A DNA stretch of 64,000 nucleotides from Streptosporangiaceae bacterium (GTDB lineage Bacteria > Actinomycetota > Actinomycetes > Streptosporangiales > Streptosporangiaceae), in the NCBI GenBank assembly GCA_036495485.1, contig DASXMU010000193.1:2618-66617 (forward strand). The letters run 5' to 3'. Below the pieces are notes generated by a model. That model did not search any database and was not told the origin of the DNA. It was given only the letters and a program-made list of their open reading frames with translations. Shown one piece after another: positions 5,920-14,477 of the stretch. Within the stretch, counting starts at the first letter, position 1. Every line of letters starts with the position of its first letter. The position numbers were made by a program, and so were the translations under genes.

Positions 5920-7143
5920 CCAGCGGGTGCCGTCCACGTCATCGAGCAGCCGCAGGCCGGACGCGGCGAGCGCGTCGCGGATGGCGTCCGCCGCCTGGTA
6001 GCTGCCGTCACCGCGCAGCGTCCCGCGCAGGGTGATCAGGCGCTCGATGGCGGGACCGAGGCGCTCGCGGGGGTCGGCCAGGCCGCCGGTGGCAGCACGG
6101 CCGAGCCGGGTGACCAGGCTGCGCAGCACGGCCCTGGCCTGCTCGGTGCCCTGGTCCTCCTCGGTGTCGGCGGCCCACTCGTGGATGGCGGCCTCCAGGT
6201 CGAGGATCGCCGCCGTCATGCCCGCGGCGTCCCGGCAGCGCTCGGCGTCGTCGAAGCGGCGCTGCGCGGCGGCGGTGAGGTCGGGCAGCGCGTCCGGCGG
6301 CGGCTGGGCCTCTGGCGGCGCGGCGGCCGGGCTGGGGGGTGCAGCTACCGCCGGGGTGCCGCTGTTCACCAGGTCCTGGAGCTGGCCGAGGGCGATTTCC
6401 GTGCCCGCGGGCAGGACTGTGCTGACGCCCTGGCGGCGGACCGTGACGCCGCCGCGACCGGATATCCCGACGGTCCCGGCGGCCAGGTCGAAGACGGCCA
6501 CCGTGTGCTCGTCCACACCGAGCACGGCGGCCCCGGCGGGCAGCTCGGCCTCCAGCCTGGCCAGCCGCCGCTCGCCCAGATAGCAGAAGCGGGTGTCGTG
6601 GTTGCCGCCCTCGGCGTTGTCGTAGTGCGGGATGACCGTGACGTTGAGCCCGATGGCGGACATCAGGTCGAGGCCGTCCAGCCAGTGCGGCGGCTCGCCG
6701 ACCTTGTAGATCTCATAGACGGGCAGCGCGGTGACGCCGAGCGTGACGGCGGCCGCCGACGCGAACACGGTCACGCCCTGGCCCGCCAGGACCCGGTCGC
6801 GCAGCGCCCCGGCGACCGGGCCGCCGGTCCACTGCGCCAGGGCATAGGTCGGGCTGCCAGGTCCGGAGAACACCCAGTCGGCACCTAGCAGCGTCCCGGC
6901 GCTGTCGCCGGTACCGGGGAGGACGGTGACCTCCAGCCCGACGCTGCGGGCGAAGTACGCCTTGGCCCGGGCGGAGATGTCGTCGGCGTTCTCCTGGAAC
7001 CGGTACGGGGTCTCCAGCAGGACCGCGTCGGGCTGCTTGGTCCCCAGCCGGGCGGCGAGCGCGCGATGCGCGGTGACCATGGTCGGGCTGGTCTCCCCCG
7101 ACCCCATGATGGCCAGAATCCGGCATCCGGCTGACCCGCCCAT
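5887..7143 (-). CDS. Cyanophycinase/peptidase S51-like (class I glutamine amidotransferase-like fold) protein with a tail resembling the cysteinyl-tRNA synthetase C-terminus
   Basis: CRILAIMGSGETSPTM... at the N-terminus. The C-terminus ADAIRDALAASGLRLLDDVDGTRWE resembles the CysRS C-terminal motif as I recall it. ATG 7143 is preferred (GGGGGGAG 4 nt upstream) over the track start at 7161. Confidence 0.5.
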   Translation of the reverse strand: MGGSAGCRILAIMGSGETSPTMVTAHRALAARLGTKQPDAVLLETPYRFQENADDISARAKAYFARSVGLEVTVLPGTGDSAGTLLGADWVFSGPGSPTYALAQWTGGPVAGALRDRVLAGQGVTVFASAAAVTLGVTALPVYEIYKVGEPPHWLDGLDLMSAIGLNVTVIPHYDNAEGGNHDTRFCYLGERRLARLEAELPAGAAVLGVDEHTVAVFDLAAGTVGISGRGGVTVRRQGVSTVLPAGTEIALGQLQDLVNSGTPAVAAPPSPAAAPPEAQPPPDALPDLTAAAQRRFDDAERCRDAAGMTAAILDLEAAIHEWAADTEEDQGTEQARAVLRSLVTRLGRAATGGLADPRERLGPAIERLITLRGTLRGDGSYQAADAIRDALAASGLRLLDDVDGTRWELDPSGPAHP

Positions 7144-7165
7144 TCGGCTCCCCCCCTGCACGGCG

Positions 7166-8086
7166 CTAGCTGACTGGTGGCGGCGATCCCTCCGCGCTGG
7201 CGGCCAGGGCTGGGTCCCAGCGGCAGGCGGCGCAGGTCTGGCGGAAGGCCGAGCGGGCGAACTCCAGGGCGGCGGCGTGCGGGTCCGGGGCCGCCCGGAC
7301 GTCGTCCCAGTCCAGGATGAACTCGCCGAGCACCGGGTTCCAGTGCGCGCCCGGCGGGGACAGGGTCAGGCTGGCGAAGCCCTCCGGCGCCGGGTGGGTG
7401 TAGGCGTAGAACGCCGACTTGCTGTACCGCTGGTCACCGGGCCACCAGCCGACCGCGACCTCCTGGGCGTCCATGGCGTTGCGCATGATGAAGTCCTGCG
7501 ACGGCGGGTCGGCCGGCTCGCCGGAGAACAGGCTCACGGCGAAGTCGAACGAACCCCACCAGGCGTTGACCGGGGTGGACCGGCCCCGGTAGGGGGCGCG
7601 GTACTCGGCCAGCACCAGCGCCGCCTGGGTGGCGGCGGTGAAATAGACGGCCACCTCGGCCGGGTCGTAGTGGGCGTGCACGTCGTCGGCGTCCAGCGGG
7701 ACGCTCCACGGCACCTCCTGCGGCGCCGGGTCGATCTCCACCGGGCCACCGAGCTCCCGGACCGCCGCCAGCACGTCCCTGGTGACCGCGCCGGCCGCGC
7801 GGTGCGGCGTGAGCGGGATGCGCCTGGCCGGCTTGCTGGTGTGCTCGATCACCGCCTCGTGAGCGTGCAGGTCGAGCGCCACGACCAGCGCGCCCGAGCG
7901 ATCGGGCGCGGGCAGCGGGTGGGTCTCCCAGCCGCGCGCGGTCAGCCGCAGCGCCGCATGCTGGAGCTGCGGCTCCGGCGGGGCGAGCCTGGCCGCCAGC
8001 TTGCCAAGCACCTGGGTGTGCGAATGCAGCGTGTCGCAGGTCTCGCGCCACAGCTCATAGGACAGTTCCGGCCAGCCCGAGGACAT
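7166..8086 (-). CDS. DUF5996-family protein
   Basis: 306-aa ORF with coding-like composition (WPELSYELWRETCDTLH..., NAWWGSFDFAVSLFSG, WWPGD). Family assignment is from memory. Confidence 0.6.
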   Translation of the reverse strand: MSSGWPELSYELWRETCDTLHSHTQVLGKLAARLAPPEPQLQHAALRLTARGWETHPLPAPDRSGALVVALDLHAHEAVIEHTSKPARRIPLTPHRAAGAVTRDVLAAVRELGGPVEIDPAPQEVPWSVPLDADDVHAHYDPAEVAVYFTAATQAALVLAEYRAPYRGRSTPVNAWWGSFDFAVSLFSGEPADPPSQDFIMRNAMDAQEVAVGWWPGDQRYSKSAFYAYTHPAPEGFASLTLSPPGAHWNPVLGEFILDWDDVRAAPDPHAAALEFARSAFRQTCAACRWDPALAASAEGSPPPVS

Positions 8087-8151
8087 GGCTCGGAGAGTAT
8101 GCCACTGAGGGCCGGCGGCTCAACCACCGGACGCCGGGCGGCGCCGGTACG

Positions 8152-9078
8152 ATGCGGCGCATGCGCTTCGCGATCGCGATCCCTCAGTTCTATTCCGATG
8201 GTGAGTTCGACCCGGCGGCGTTCGCCGCCTACTTCAGGCGGGCCGAGGAACTGGGCTTCGAGAGCGCCTGGGCGCTGGAGCAGACGCTGTCGCCCGAGCC
8301 ACAGCTCGGGCCGATCGAGGCGATGACCTACGCGGCCGCGTGCACCGGGCGGATGCGGCTGGGCTGCGTGGTGTTCGTGTCCACCCTGCACAGCCCGGTG
8401 CACCTGGCGAAGAGCCTGAGCACGCTGGACCAGCTCAGCCGGGGCCGGATCGAGATCGGCGTCGGCACCGGCGGCAAGTGGCGGCCGTTCGCGGCGTTCG
8501 GTGTGGATCCGGACCGCTACATCGCCCGGTTCACCGAGGGGCTGGCCCTGATGAAGGCGCTGTGGACGCAGCCCAGGGTGACCTTCGACGGGGAGTTCTG
8601 GCAGCTACGGGACGAGGCGCAGGAACCCAAGCCATTCCAGAAGCCGTATCCGCCGCTGTGGTTCGGCGGATCGGCACCGGCCGCGCTGCGCCGGGCCGTG
8701 CGGCTTGGCGATGGCTTCTTCGGCGCGGGCTCCACAACGACCGGGGCGTTCGCCGGGCAGGTGCGTCTGGTGCGCGAGGCGCTGGCGTCAGCCGGGCGGC
8801 CGGCCGGGGAGTTTCGCATCGCCAAGCGGGTGTACATCGCGGTGGACGAGAACGCCGGCCGTGCCCGCACCCGGGTCAGCGAGGCGCTGCACGGGCTGTA
8901 CGAGGACGGCGTGCCGGGGATCGAGGACGTCCCGGTCGCCGGGACGGTGGCCGACTGCGTGCGCGGGCTGACCGAGGTGATCGAGGCCGGCGCGGAGCTG
9001 ATCCTGTTCACCCCCATGTTCGACCAGGCCGAGCAGATGGAGATCCTCGCCGCCGAGATCATGCCGCAGCTCAGCTAG
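8152..9078 (+). CDS. LLM-class (luciferase-like) F420-dependent oxidoreductase
   Basis: MRFAIAIPQF..., LDQLSRGRIEIGVGTGG, PPLWFGGSAPAALRRAVRLGDGFF. The start could be 8152 or 8161. Confidence 0.85.
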   Translation: MRRMRFAIAIPQFYSDGEFDPAAFAAYFRRAEELGFESAWALEQTLSPEPQLGPIEAMTYAAACTGRMRLGCVVFVSTLHSPVHLAKSLSTLDQLSRGRIEIGVGTGGKWRPFAAFGVDPDRYIARFTEGLALMKALWTQPRVTFDGEFWQLRDEAQEPKPFQKPYPPLWFGGSAPAALRRAVRLGDGFFGAGSTTTGAFAGQVRLVREALASAGRPAGEFRIAKRVYIAVDENAGRARTRVSEALHGLYEDGVPGIEDVPVAGTVADCVRGLTEVIEAGAELILFTPMFDQAEQMEILAAEIMPQLS

Positions 9079-9116
9079 GTTGCCGCTGCCGCACCATGGG
9101 TCAGGCTGCGCCCTGC

Positions 9117-9764
9117 TCAGTCGAACTCGGTGGGCAGGGACGGGTCGCGGTGGTGGGCCAGGGCCCGCTCGATCTCGCGCAGGTTGACCCGGCCCAGGGA
9201 CAGCGGCGGCAGCTCGCCGATGGCGAACCAGCCGACGTCGAGGGTTTCCAGGGCGGCCGGCGGCTGCACGGCTCCGTCCCGGCGGCACAGGAAGAACAGC
9301 TTGTAGACGTGCACCGGCAGCTTCGGCAGGTGGCCCTGCAGATCCCGGTCCCAGCAGGCGATCAGCTTTATCACCGAGCTGTGGTAGCCGCTCTCCTCCA
9401 GGATCTCCCTGGTGACCGCGGCCGACGGCGAGTCCCCGGCGTCGGCCCAGCCGCCGGGCAGCGACCACAGGCCGTCGATCTTCTCCCGCATCAGCAGCAC
9501 GCGCTCCTGCTCGTCGAAGATCACCCCACGCACGTCGATCTTCGGCGTGGCATAGCCGCTGTCCCGGCCAAGCTCGATGGCCAGCTCGCCGGAGGGCCGG
9601 TCGCTGAGCGCCGCCAGCAGCTGGGCCGCTAGCTGGGCGACCTGCCGGTACCGGTCCAGGTCGTAGTCGTCTTCGCCGAACGTCAGACCGCTCTGCCCGA
9701 GCGCGGCAAGCTTGATCGCGATCCGGCGCACCTCGTCCGCAGTTGAATCCGCTGTATCCGCCAC
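9117..9764 (-). CDS. NUDIX hydrolase with N-terminal Nudix_N_2-like domain
   Basis: Nudix box GGWADAGDSPSAAVTREILEESGY. Confidence 0.9.
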   Translation of the reverse strand: MADTADSTADEVRRIAIKLAALGQSGLTFGEDDYDLDRYRQVAQLAAQLLAALSDRPSGELAIELGRDSGYATPKIDVRGVIFDEQERVLLMREKIDGLWSLPGGWADAGDSPSAAVTREILEESGYHSSVIKLIACWDRDLQGHLPKLPVHVYKLFFLCRRDGAVQPPAALETLDVGWFAIGELPPLSLGRVNLREIERALAHHRDPSLPTEFD

Positions 9765-9833
9765 CTGGGCATTATTGCGCGCCCCGGCTCCCGCCCTTCG
9801 CGGGCGGTCGCCGGGGGCGCGGCTGAGCGGTGG

Positions 9834-11264
9834 CTAGCTCTTCCTGTTGAAGGGGCGGAGGTAAGGCGCCGGGATGTAGCTCAGGAAGCCCGGCGGGGTC
9901 GCGACCGGGCCGTTGGGGCCCGAGAAGATGTTGAACTTCGGGCCGAGCGCCGCGGCCTTTGTGTTCATCTGCGCCGGGGTGAGCGCGCCGTCGTTCCACT
10001 GGCCGGTCTTGAGCCGGTTCAGCAGCGTCTTCGCCGCCGTGATGGTCTCGGCCGGGGTGAAGGCGCAGTGCCCGGCCCGGTCCACGAAGATCTGCCGCAG
10101 CAGCGCCGACTTGCCAGCCTTGGCGACAGCGCCGGAGTAGGCCGACTCGTTCTCCGGGACGACCAGTCCGTCACCGATGGTGTGCATGGTGAGCACCGGG
10201 ATGGTCAGGTTGCCGTCGTAGGTGATGTGCTTCCTGAGGTAGGTCGACGCCGCTGGGTCGGCCGAGACGCGCGGGGCCGCGGCCAGCGTGGCCAGGTCCG
10301 CGTCCAGGCTCAGGCCTGCCTTGTGGTACAGGTCGAGAACCTCGTTGAGGCTGGGCGACTTCAGCAGGTCCTTGAAGTAGTTGACACCGGTGTTCCAGGA
10401 CGGGTTGCCGCCCGCCAGGGCCTCGAGCTGCGCCCGGAGCGCGAACGCGAACGGGTAGTCGACCTGGGAGGCCCACAGGTACTGATTGGCCTCCTGGGCT
10501 GCGTAGGCCGTGGGCCCGGGCTGCGCCGACAGCGGGGTGAACCAGCCGGGGGTGTCGGAGAGTGCCGAACTCAGCGCGAGCCTGGCCCGGCCGGCCGCGG
10601 TCTTCTGCGCGGCCTGAGCGGCCTGCAGCGCCGAGGTCAGGTTGGTCCCCGGGTTGGTGATGTTCACGACCTGCACGGACGGGTCGATGAGCTGCTGGAA
10701 CGCGAACGCCGCGTCGAGCGCGGTATTCCAGGTCGCTATGCCGCCCGACACCACGCCGCACATGGGCAGCGCGGCGTTGAACCGGCTCGGGTACTGCTGG
10801 GCCAGGCCCGCCGTGATCATGCCACCCAGCGAATGGCCCCAGGCGATGGTCGTCGTTGGCTTCTTGCCGATGCGCTGGTTGAAGACGTTGAGGGTGCGAA
10901 TCTGGTCGAGCAGCGCCGACTGGATCGCCCAGCCGGTGATCGCGTAGGACGAGCCCGCCAGTGCGTAGCCGTGGCTGAGCATCCAGCCGCCGGTGACCGG
11001 GTCGCCGACGTCCGTCGCCGGGTTGTTCGTGCCGGGGACCACGTAACCGTGGCTGTAGAGGAACAGCGTCCCGTTCCAGTTCGCCGGGACCTGGATCAGG
11101 TACGTCGCGCCGTCCTTGAACGTCCCGGTGAGTTTCGTGACGGCGCTGGCGCCACCGCCAGCGCCGGCGGCCGTGCTGGCCTGCGCGGGCAAGCCCGGGC
11201 TGAGCAAAGCCGCAAGCACCGCGACCGGAAGCAGCAAACGCAAGGCTCTGTTGATCTGTTTCAC
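9834..11264 (-). CDS. Secreted alpha/beta-hydrolase
   Basis: Signal peptide VKQINRALRLLLPVAVLAALLSPGLPAQA begins at GTG 11264, with GGAG 7 nt upstream. Nucleophile elbow GHSLGG. The track start at 11363 is probably too long. Confidence 0.7.
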   Translation of the reverse strand: MKQINRALRLLLPVAVLAALLSPGLPAQASTAAGAGGGASAVTKLTGTFKDGATYLIQVPANWNGTLFLYSHGYVVPGTNNPATDVGDPVTGGWMLSHGYALAGSSYAITGWAIQSALLDQIRTLNVFNQRIGKKPTTTIAWGHSLGGMITAGLAQQYPSRFNAALPMCGVVSGGIATWNTALDAAFAFQQLIDPSVQVVNITNPGTNLTSALQAAQAAQKTAAGRARLALSSALSDTPGWFTPLSAQPGPTAYAAQEANQYLWASQVDYPFAFALRAQLEALAGGNPSWNTGVNYFKDLLKSPSLNEVLDLYHKAGLSLDADLATLAAAPRVSADPAASTYLRKHITYDGNLTIPVLTMHTIGDGLVVPENESAYSGAVAKAGKSALLRQIFVDRAGHCAFTPAETITAAKTLLNRLKTGQWNDGALTPAQMNTKAAALGPKFNIFSGPNGPVATPPGFLSYIPAPYLRPFNRKS

Positions 11265-11374
11265 TATCACACTCCAGGCACTGGTCAGGTTGCACGCGGG
11301 GTTGTGCTGGACTTTAGACCCCTTTGGGCAGGTTGCGGTAGCGCGGCGGCCCCGGGGAATCAAATCCTGCGGGC

Positions 11375-11743
11375 TCAGTGGCGGGTGAGGAAGAGGACGT
11401 GCCCGGGCTGGACCTGGCCGGGTGTGTCGAGGAGTGCGGTGAGGGCACTGGTGATGGCGGTTGCGTAGGCGCGGTCCTGGGGGAAGGTCTTGGTGGAGAT
11501 GAGGATGAGGCCGGCGTGTGCCTGGCCGCCGGCGCGGTACTGGGCGTCGAGAGGCATGAAGTCTTTGATGTTGGCGGTGACGAGGGCACGCCCGGCTGCT
11601 GTGGCGCAGGCGAGTATCTGGTCGTCGGGCAGGGAGATCAGCGCGGGGTCCTCGACCACGGCGATGGCGTCGTGGCCCTTGGCCCGCAACTGGCCAGCGA
11701 TGGTGGACGACAGCATCTCGTCGAGGAGGATCGGGTGGCTCAT
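11375..11743 (-). CDS. DUF5615-family PIN-like putative toxin
   Basis: 122 aa, MSHPILLDEMLS...ALVTANIKDF. It lies immediately downstream (7 nt) of a DUF433-like gene. Confidence 0.6.
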   Translation of the reverse strand: MSHPILLDEMLSSTIAGQLRAKGHDAIAVVEDPALISLPDDQILACATAAGRALVTANIKDFMPLDAQYRAGGQAHAGLILISTKTFPQDRAYATAITSALTALLDTPGQVQPGHVLFLTRH

Positions 11744-11749
11744 GGGGTG

Positions 11750-12196
11750 CTATCCGGCGAGGAGCCGGCGTTCGCGCCGCCAGGCGTCCTCGGCGGCGTC
11801 TTCGGCGGCGCTGGCCGCGTTGATTTCCGCGTCGATCTCGCTGGGGTAGGACGCCCAGTAAGTGACAGCGATGCGGATCAGGCGCAGCGGGATGCCGGTG
11901 TTGCTGGCGATCAGGTTAAGCAGTTCGCCGTCAGGCAGGTCCGGTTCTGTGGTGCGGGCGGATCTGACCGCCCGGATGATTTCCCAGACGTCGGGGCCGC
12001 CTGCGACGCTTGCCCGCCGTCCGGTGGGGCCGGGCCGGAAGGTGATCCCGGGGTGCTCGCTGGTCCGCAGGGCTTCGTCGACGAGCCTGTTCGCGGCCGA
12101 TGACAAGGACATGCCGGGGTTGGCTGCGACGAACGAGGCCAGCCTGCTGGCGACCGGGCCATCGAACCGGACGGGTGTTGCCGTGCGCTTCGCCAT
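11750..12196 (-). CDS. DUF433-family putative antitoxin
   Basis: 148 aa, GITFRPGPTGRRASVAGGPDVWEIIRAV ... IRIAVTYWASYPSEIDAEI. This is the typical DUF433/DUF5615 pairing. Confidence 0.6.
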   Translation of the reverse strand: MAKRTATPVRFDGPVASRLASFVAANPGMSLSSAANRLVDEALRTSEHPGITFRPGPTGRRASVAGGPDVWEIIRAVRSARTTEPDLPDGELLNLIASNTGIPLRLIRIAVTYWASYPSEIDAEINAASAAEDAAEDAWRRERRLLAG

Positions 12197-12285
12197 GACT
12201 ACATGGTAGTCGATTCCAGTCGACCGAGGCTACGGCGCCAGTGCCCGCCGGACCCGCTGATGGCTTTCCGGCTTTTCCCTGGGAG

Positions 12286-12423
12286 GACCACCGTGAAGCT
12301 GGTCTTGGCGACGGTGACCGTGGAGCCGGTGGTCAGCTTGTTCTGGGTGCCGTAGTCGGAGTCGACCACGGCAACGTCCGCGGCGTTTCCTGGACGGATC
12401 CTGAAGAGCCACTGGGGGACGCC
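12286..12423 (-). pseudogene. Relic of a MacB/FtsX-type ABC permease periplasmic domain
   Basis: Minus-strand frame reads GVPQWLFRIRPGNAADVAVVDSDYGTQNKLTTGSTVTVAKTSFTVV with no start and no continuation. It resembles the ..AVVDS.YA..NKLKVGS.I....F.V.G segment of these permeases. Confidence 0.3.
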
Positions 12424-12582
12424 CCCACGTTGACGGCCTTGGGCGGGCCGGCATTCAGATTTGGTAATTCCTTTGCAATGAGATACTCGGGCTGACTGGC
12501 TCTGGAGGTGCCAGACCGTCTACGCGCCCGGCTACGGGTTTACCGCGGTCAAGTTCGACGTGGACCTGAACGCGACGATGTT

Positions 12583-13341
12583 CTACCCCTGCCCGTCCGG
12601 GACCTGAGCGGGTGACGGGGCCGCGTCCGGGGTGGTCAGCGTCGTGCCCGCCGGGTGGCCGCGGCGTGGCCCGTCGGCGATGATCCAGGCCTGCTGACGG
12701 CCGTGCACCTGCCAGCTGCGCCCGGTTCCTGACAGGTCCACGATGGCGGTGTCCTCGTCGATGCCGATCACCGTGGTGCCCGCGGGCGGGTGCAGCAGCG
12801 CCCGGGTGAGCAGGTCGGGCACCCAGCCCAGCATCCGGTCGAAGTGCGGCAGCACGCGCAGGTGCGGCACGACGCCGAGGCCGGGATCCGGATCGCGGCG
12901 CAGCGCACGCATCGCCGGGACCCAGCTGGTCAGCGCCATCGCCCCGGCCGAGCAGCCGGCCAGCGACGCACCCGACCGCCAGGCGGCGAGCACCGCTTCC
13001 CACAGCCGGGTTCCGCGCAGGGTCTGCGCCAGGTACATGGGGCTGCCGCCGGACAGGTAGACCAGCCCAGCCCCCTCGACCAGGGCGGCCAGCTCAGGTG
13101 AGCCGGCCTCGTCGCGGTCCCGGGCGACGACCGGCACCTGCTGCACGCCCAGCCGGTCCGCCTGGGCCGCGCCAAGGTCCAGCCAGCGGCGCAGGCTCTG
13201 TTCACCCTCGGGCGCGGCGGCCGTGGGAATCTGGACGTAGCGGGGCGCGCGACCGCGCAGCAGCAGGCCTTCCACGCTGGTCATGACGGGCAGGTACTCT
13301 CCGCTGCCCACCAGGGCCAGCGGCCCGGGCACAGACGGCAT
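12583..13341 (-). CDS. Peptidase S51 (dipeptidase E/cyanophycinase-like) family protein
   Basis: LALVGSGEY..., VYLSGGSP, GCSAGAM nucleophile region. Confidence 0.75.
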   Translation of the reverse strand: MPSVPGPLALVGSGEYLPVMTSVEGLLLRGRAPRYVQIPTAAAPEGEQSLRRWLDLGAAQADRLGVQQVPVVARDRDEAGSPELAALVEGAGLVYLSGGSPMYLAQTLRGTRLWEAVLAAWRSGASLAGCSAGAMALTSWVPAMRALRRDPDPGLGVVPHLRVLPHFDRMLGWVPDLLTRALLHPPAGTTVIGIDEDTAIVDLSGTGRSWQVHGRQQAWIIADGPRRGHPAGTTLTTPDAAPSPAQVPDGQG

Positions 13342-13395
13342 CCGACCATCATGCCAGGCGGTCAGGGTTCCCCGCGCTGGGGTTCCCGCCTCCTC

Positions 13396-14400
13396 TCAGT
13401 GGCCGCGGACGGCGCGGAGGGACTCGCGGAGGGAGCCCATGGTGGCCAGGACGGCGGAGGGCTCGTAGCCGCAGTGGGCCATGCAGTTCGAGCAGCGCGG
13501 GTCCTTGCCGCGGCCATAGGCGTCCCAGTCGGTGGTCTCGATCAGCTCCTTGTAGGTCTTCACGTAGCCGTCGGCCATCAGGTAGCACGGCTTCTGCCAG
13601 CCGAGCAGCGAGTAGGACGGGATGCCCCACGCGGTGCAGCCGAAGTCGGTCTTGCCCTCCAGGAAGTCGAGGAACAGCGGCGAGTGGTTCAGCCGCCACC
13701 GCTTCCTGTTGCCGCCGCCGAACGCTTTCCTGAACAGTTCCCTGGTCTCGGTCACGCCGAGGAAGTGATCCTGGTCCGGCGCCCGGTCGTAGGCATAGGC
13801 CGGCGAGATCTGCATCTGGTCGATGGCGAGGTCGTCGTTGAGGTAGTTGAGCACGTCGATGACGGCCTGCGGAGAGTCGTTGGTGAAGAACGTGGTGTTC
13901 GTGTTGACCGTGAACCCCCGGCTCTTGGCCTCCTTGATCGCCGCGACCGCCTCATCGAACACGCCCTCCTTGCAGACCGACTCGTCGTGCCGCTCGCGCA
14001 GCCCGTCGATGTGCACCACCCAGGCGAAGTAGGGGGACGGCTTGAACTTGTCCAGCTTCTTGGGCATGAGCAGCGCGTTCGTGCACAGGAAGACGAACTT
14101 CTTCTTGGCGATGAGCTGGCGGACGATCTCGTCGATCTGCGGGTGCATGAGCGGCTCGCCGCCGGCGATGGACACCATCGGCGCGCCCGACTCCTCGATC
14201 GCGGCGATGGCCTGCTCGACCGGCATGCGCTGCTTCAGGAGCGTATGCGGCTGCTGGATCTTGCCGCAGCCCGCGCACTTCAGGTTGCAGGCGAACAGCG
14301 GCTCGAGCTCGACGAGCAGCGGGAACTTGGTATTGCGGGTCAGCTTCTGGCGTATCAGGTAAGAGCCGATCCGCAGACTCTGGCGCAACGGCATGCTCAT
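13396..14400 (-). CDS. hpnH: Adenosyl-hopene transferase, radical SAM
   Basis: LVELEPLFACNLKCAGCGK (CxxxCxxC) and the highly conserved HpnH-like C-terminus (CTAWGIPSYSLLGWQKPCY...CSNCMAHCGYE). Hopanoid cluster context. Confidence 0.95.
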   Translation of the reverse strand: MSMPLRQSLRIGSYLIRQKLTRNTKFPLLVELEPLFACNLKCAGCGKIQQPHTLLKQRMPVEQAIAAIEESGAPMVSIAGGEPLMHPQIDEIVRQLIAKKKFVFLCTNALLMPKKLDKFKPSPYFAWVVHIDGLRERHDESVCKEGVFDEAVAAIKEAKSRGFTVNTNTTFFTNDSPQAVIDVLNYLNDDLAIDQMQISPAYAYDRAPDQDHFLGVTETRELFRKAFGGGNRKRWRLNHSPLFLDFLEGKTDFGCTAWGIPSYSLLGWQKPCYLMADGYVKTYKELIETTDWDAYGRGKDPRCSNCMAHCGYEPSAVLATMGSLRESLRAVRGH

Positions 14401-14477
14401 TAGTCCCGTACCTCCTCAGGAGGGCTCTGGTTTCCCCGGTTAATTTCCCGGCGCGCGGATTTAGTCACGGTGCTTGT

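Noticed and set aside
12480-12596. A plus-strand frame ending ..CQTVYAPGYGFTAVKFDVDLNATMFYPCPSGT*.
   Set aside because: It opens immediately after an in-frame TGA and has no start codon. It can only be a C-terminal relic, and I cannot name the parent family, so it is not listed as a feature.
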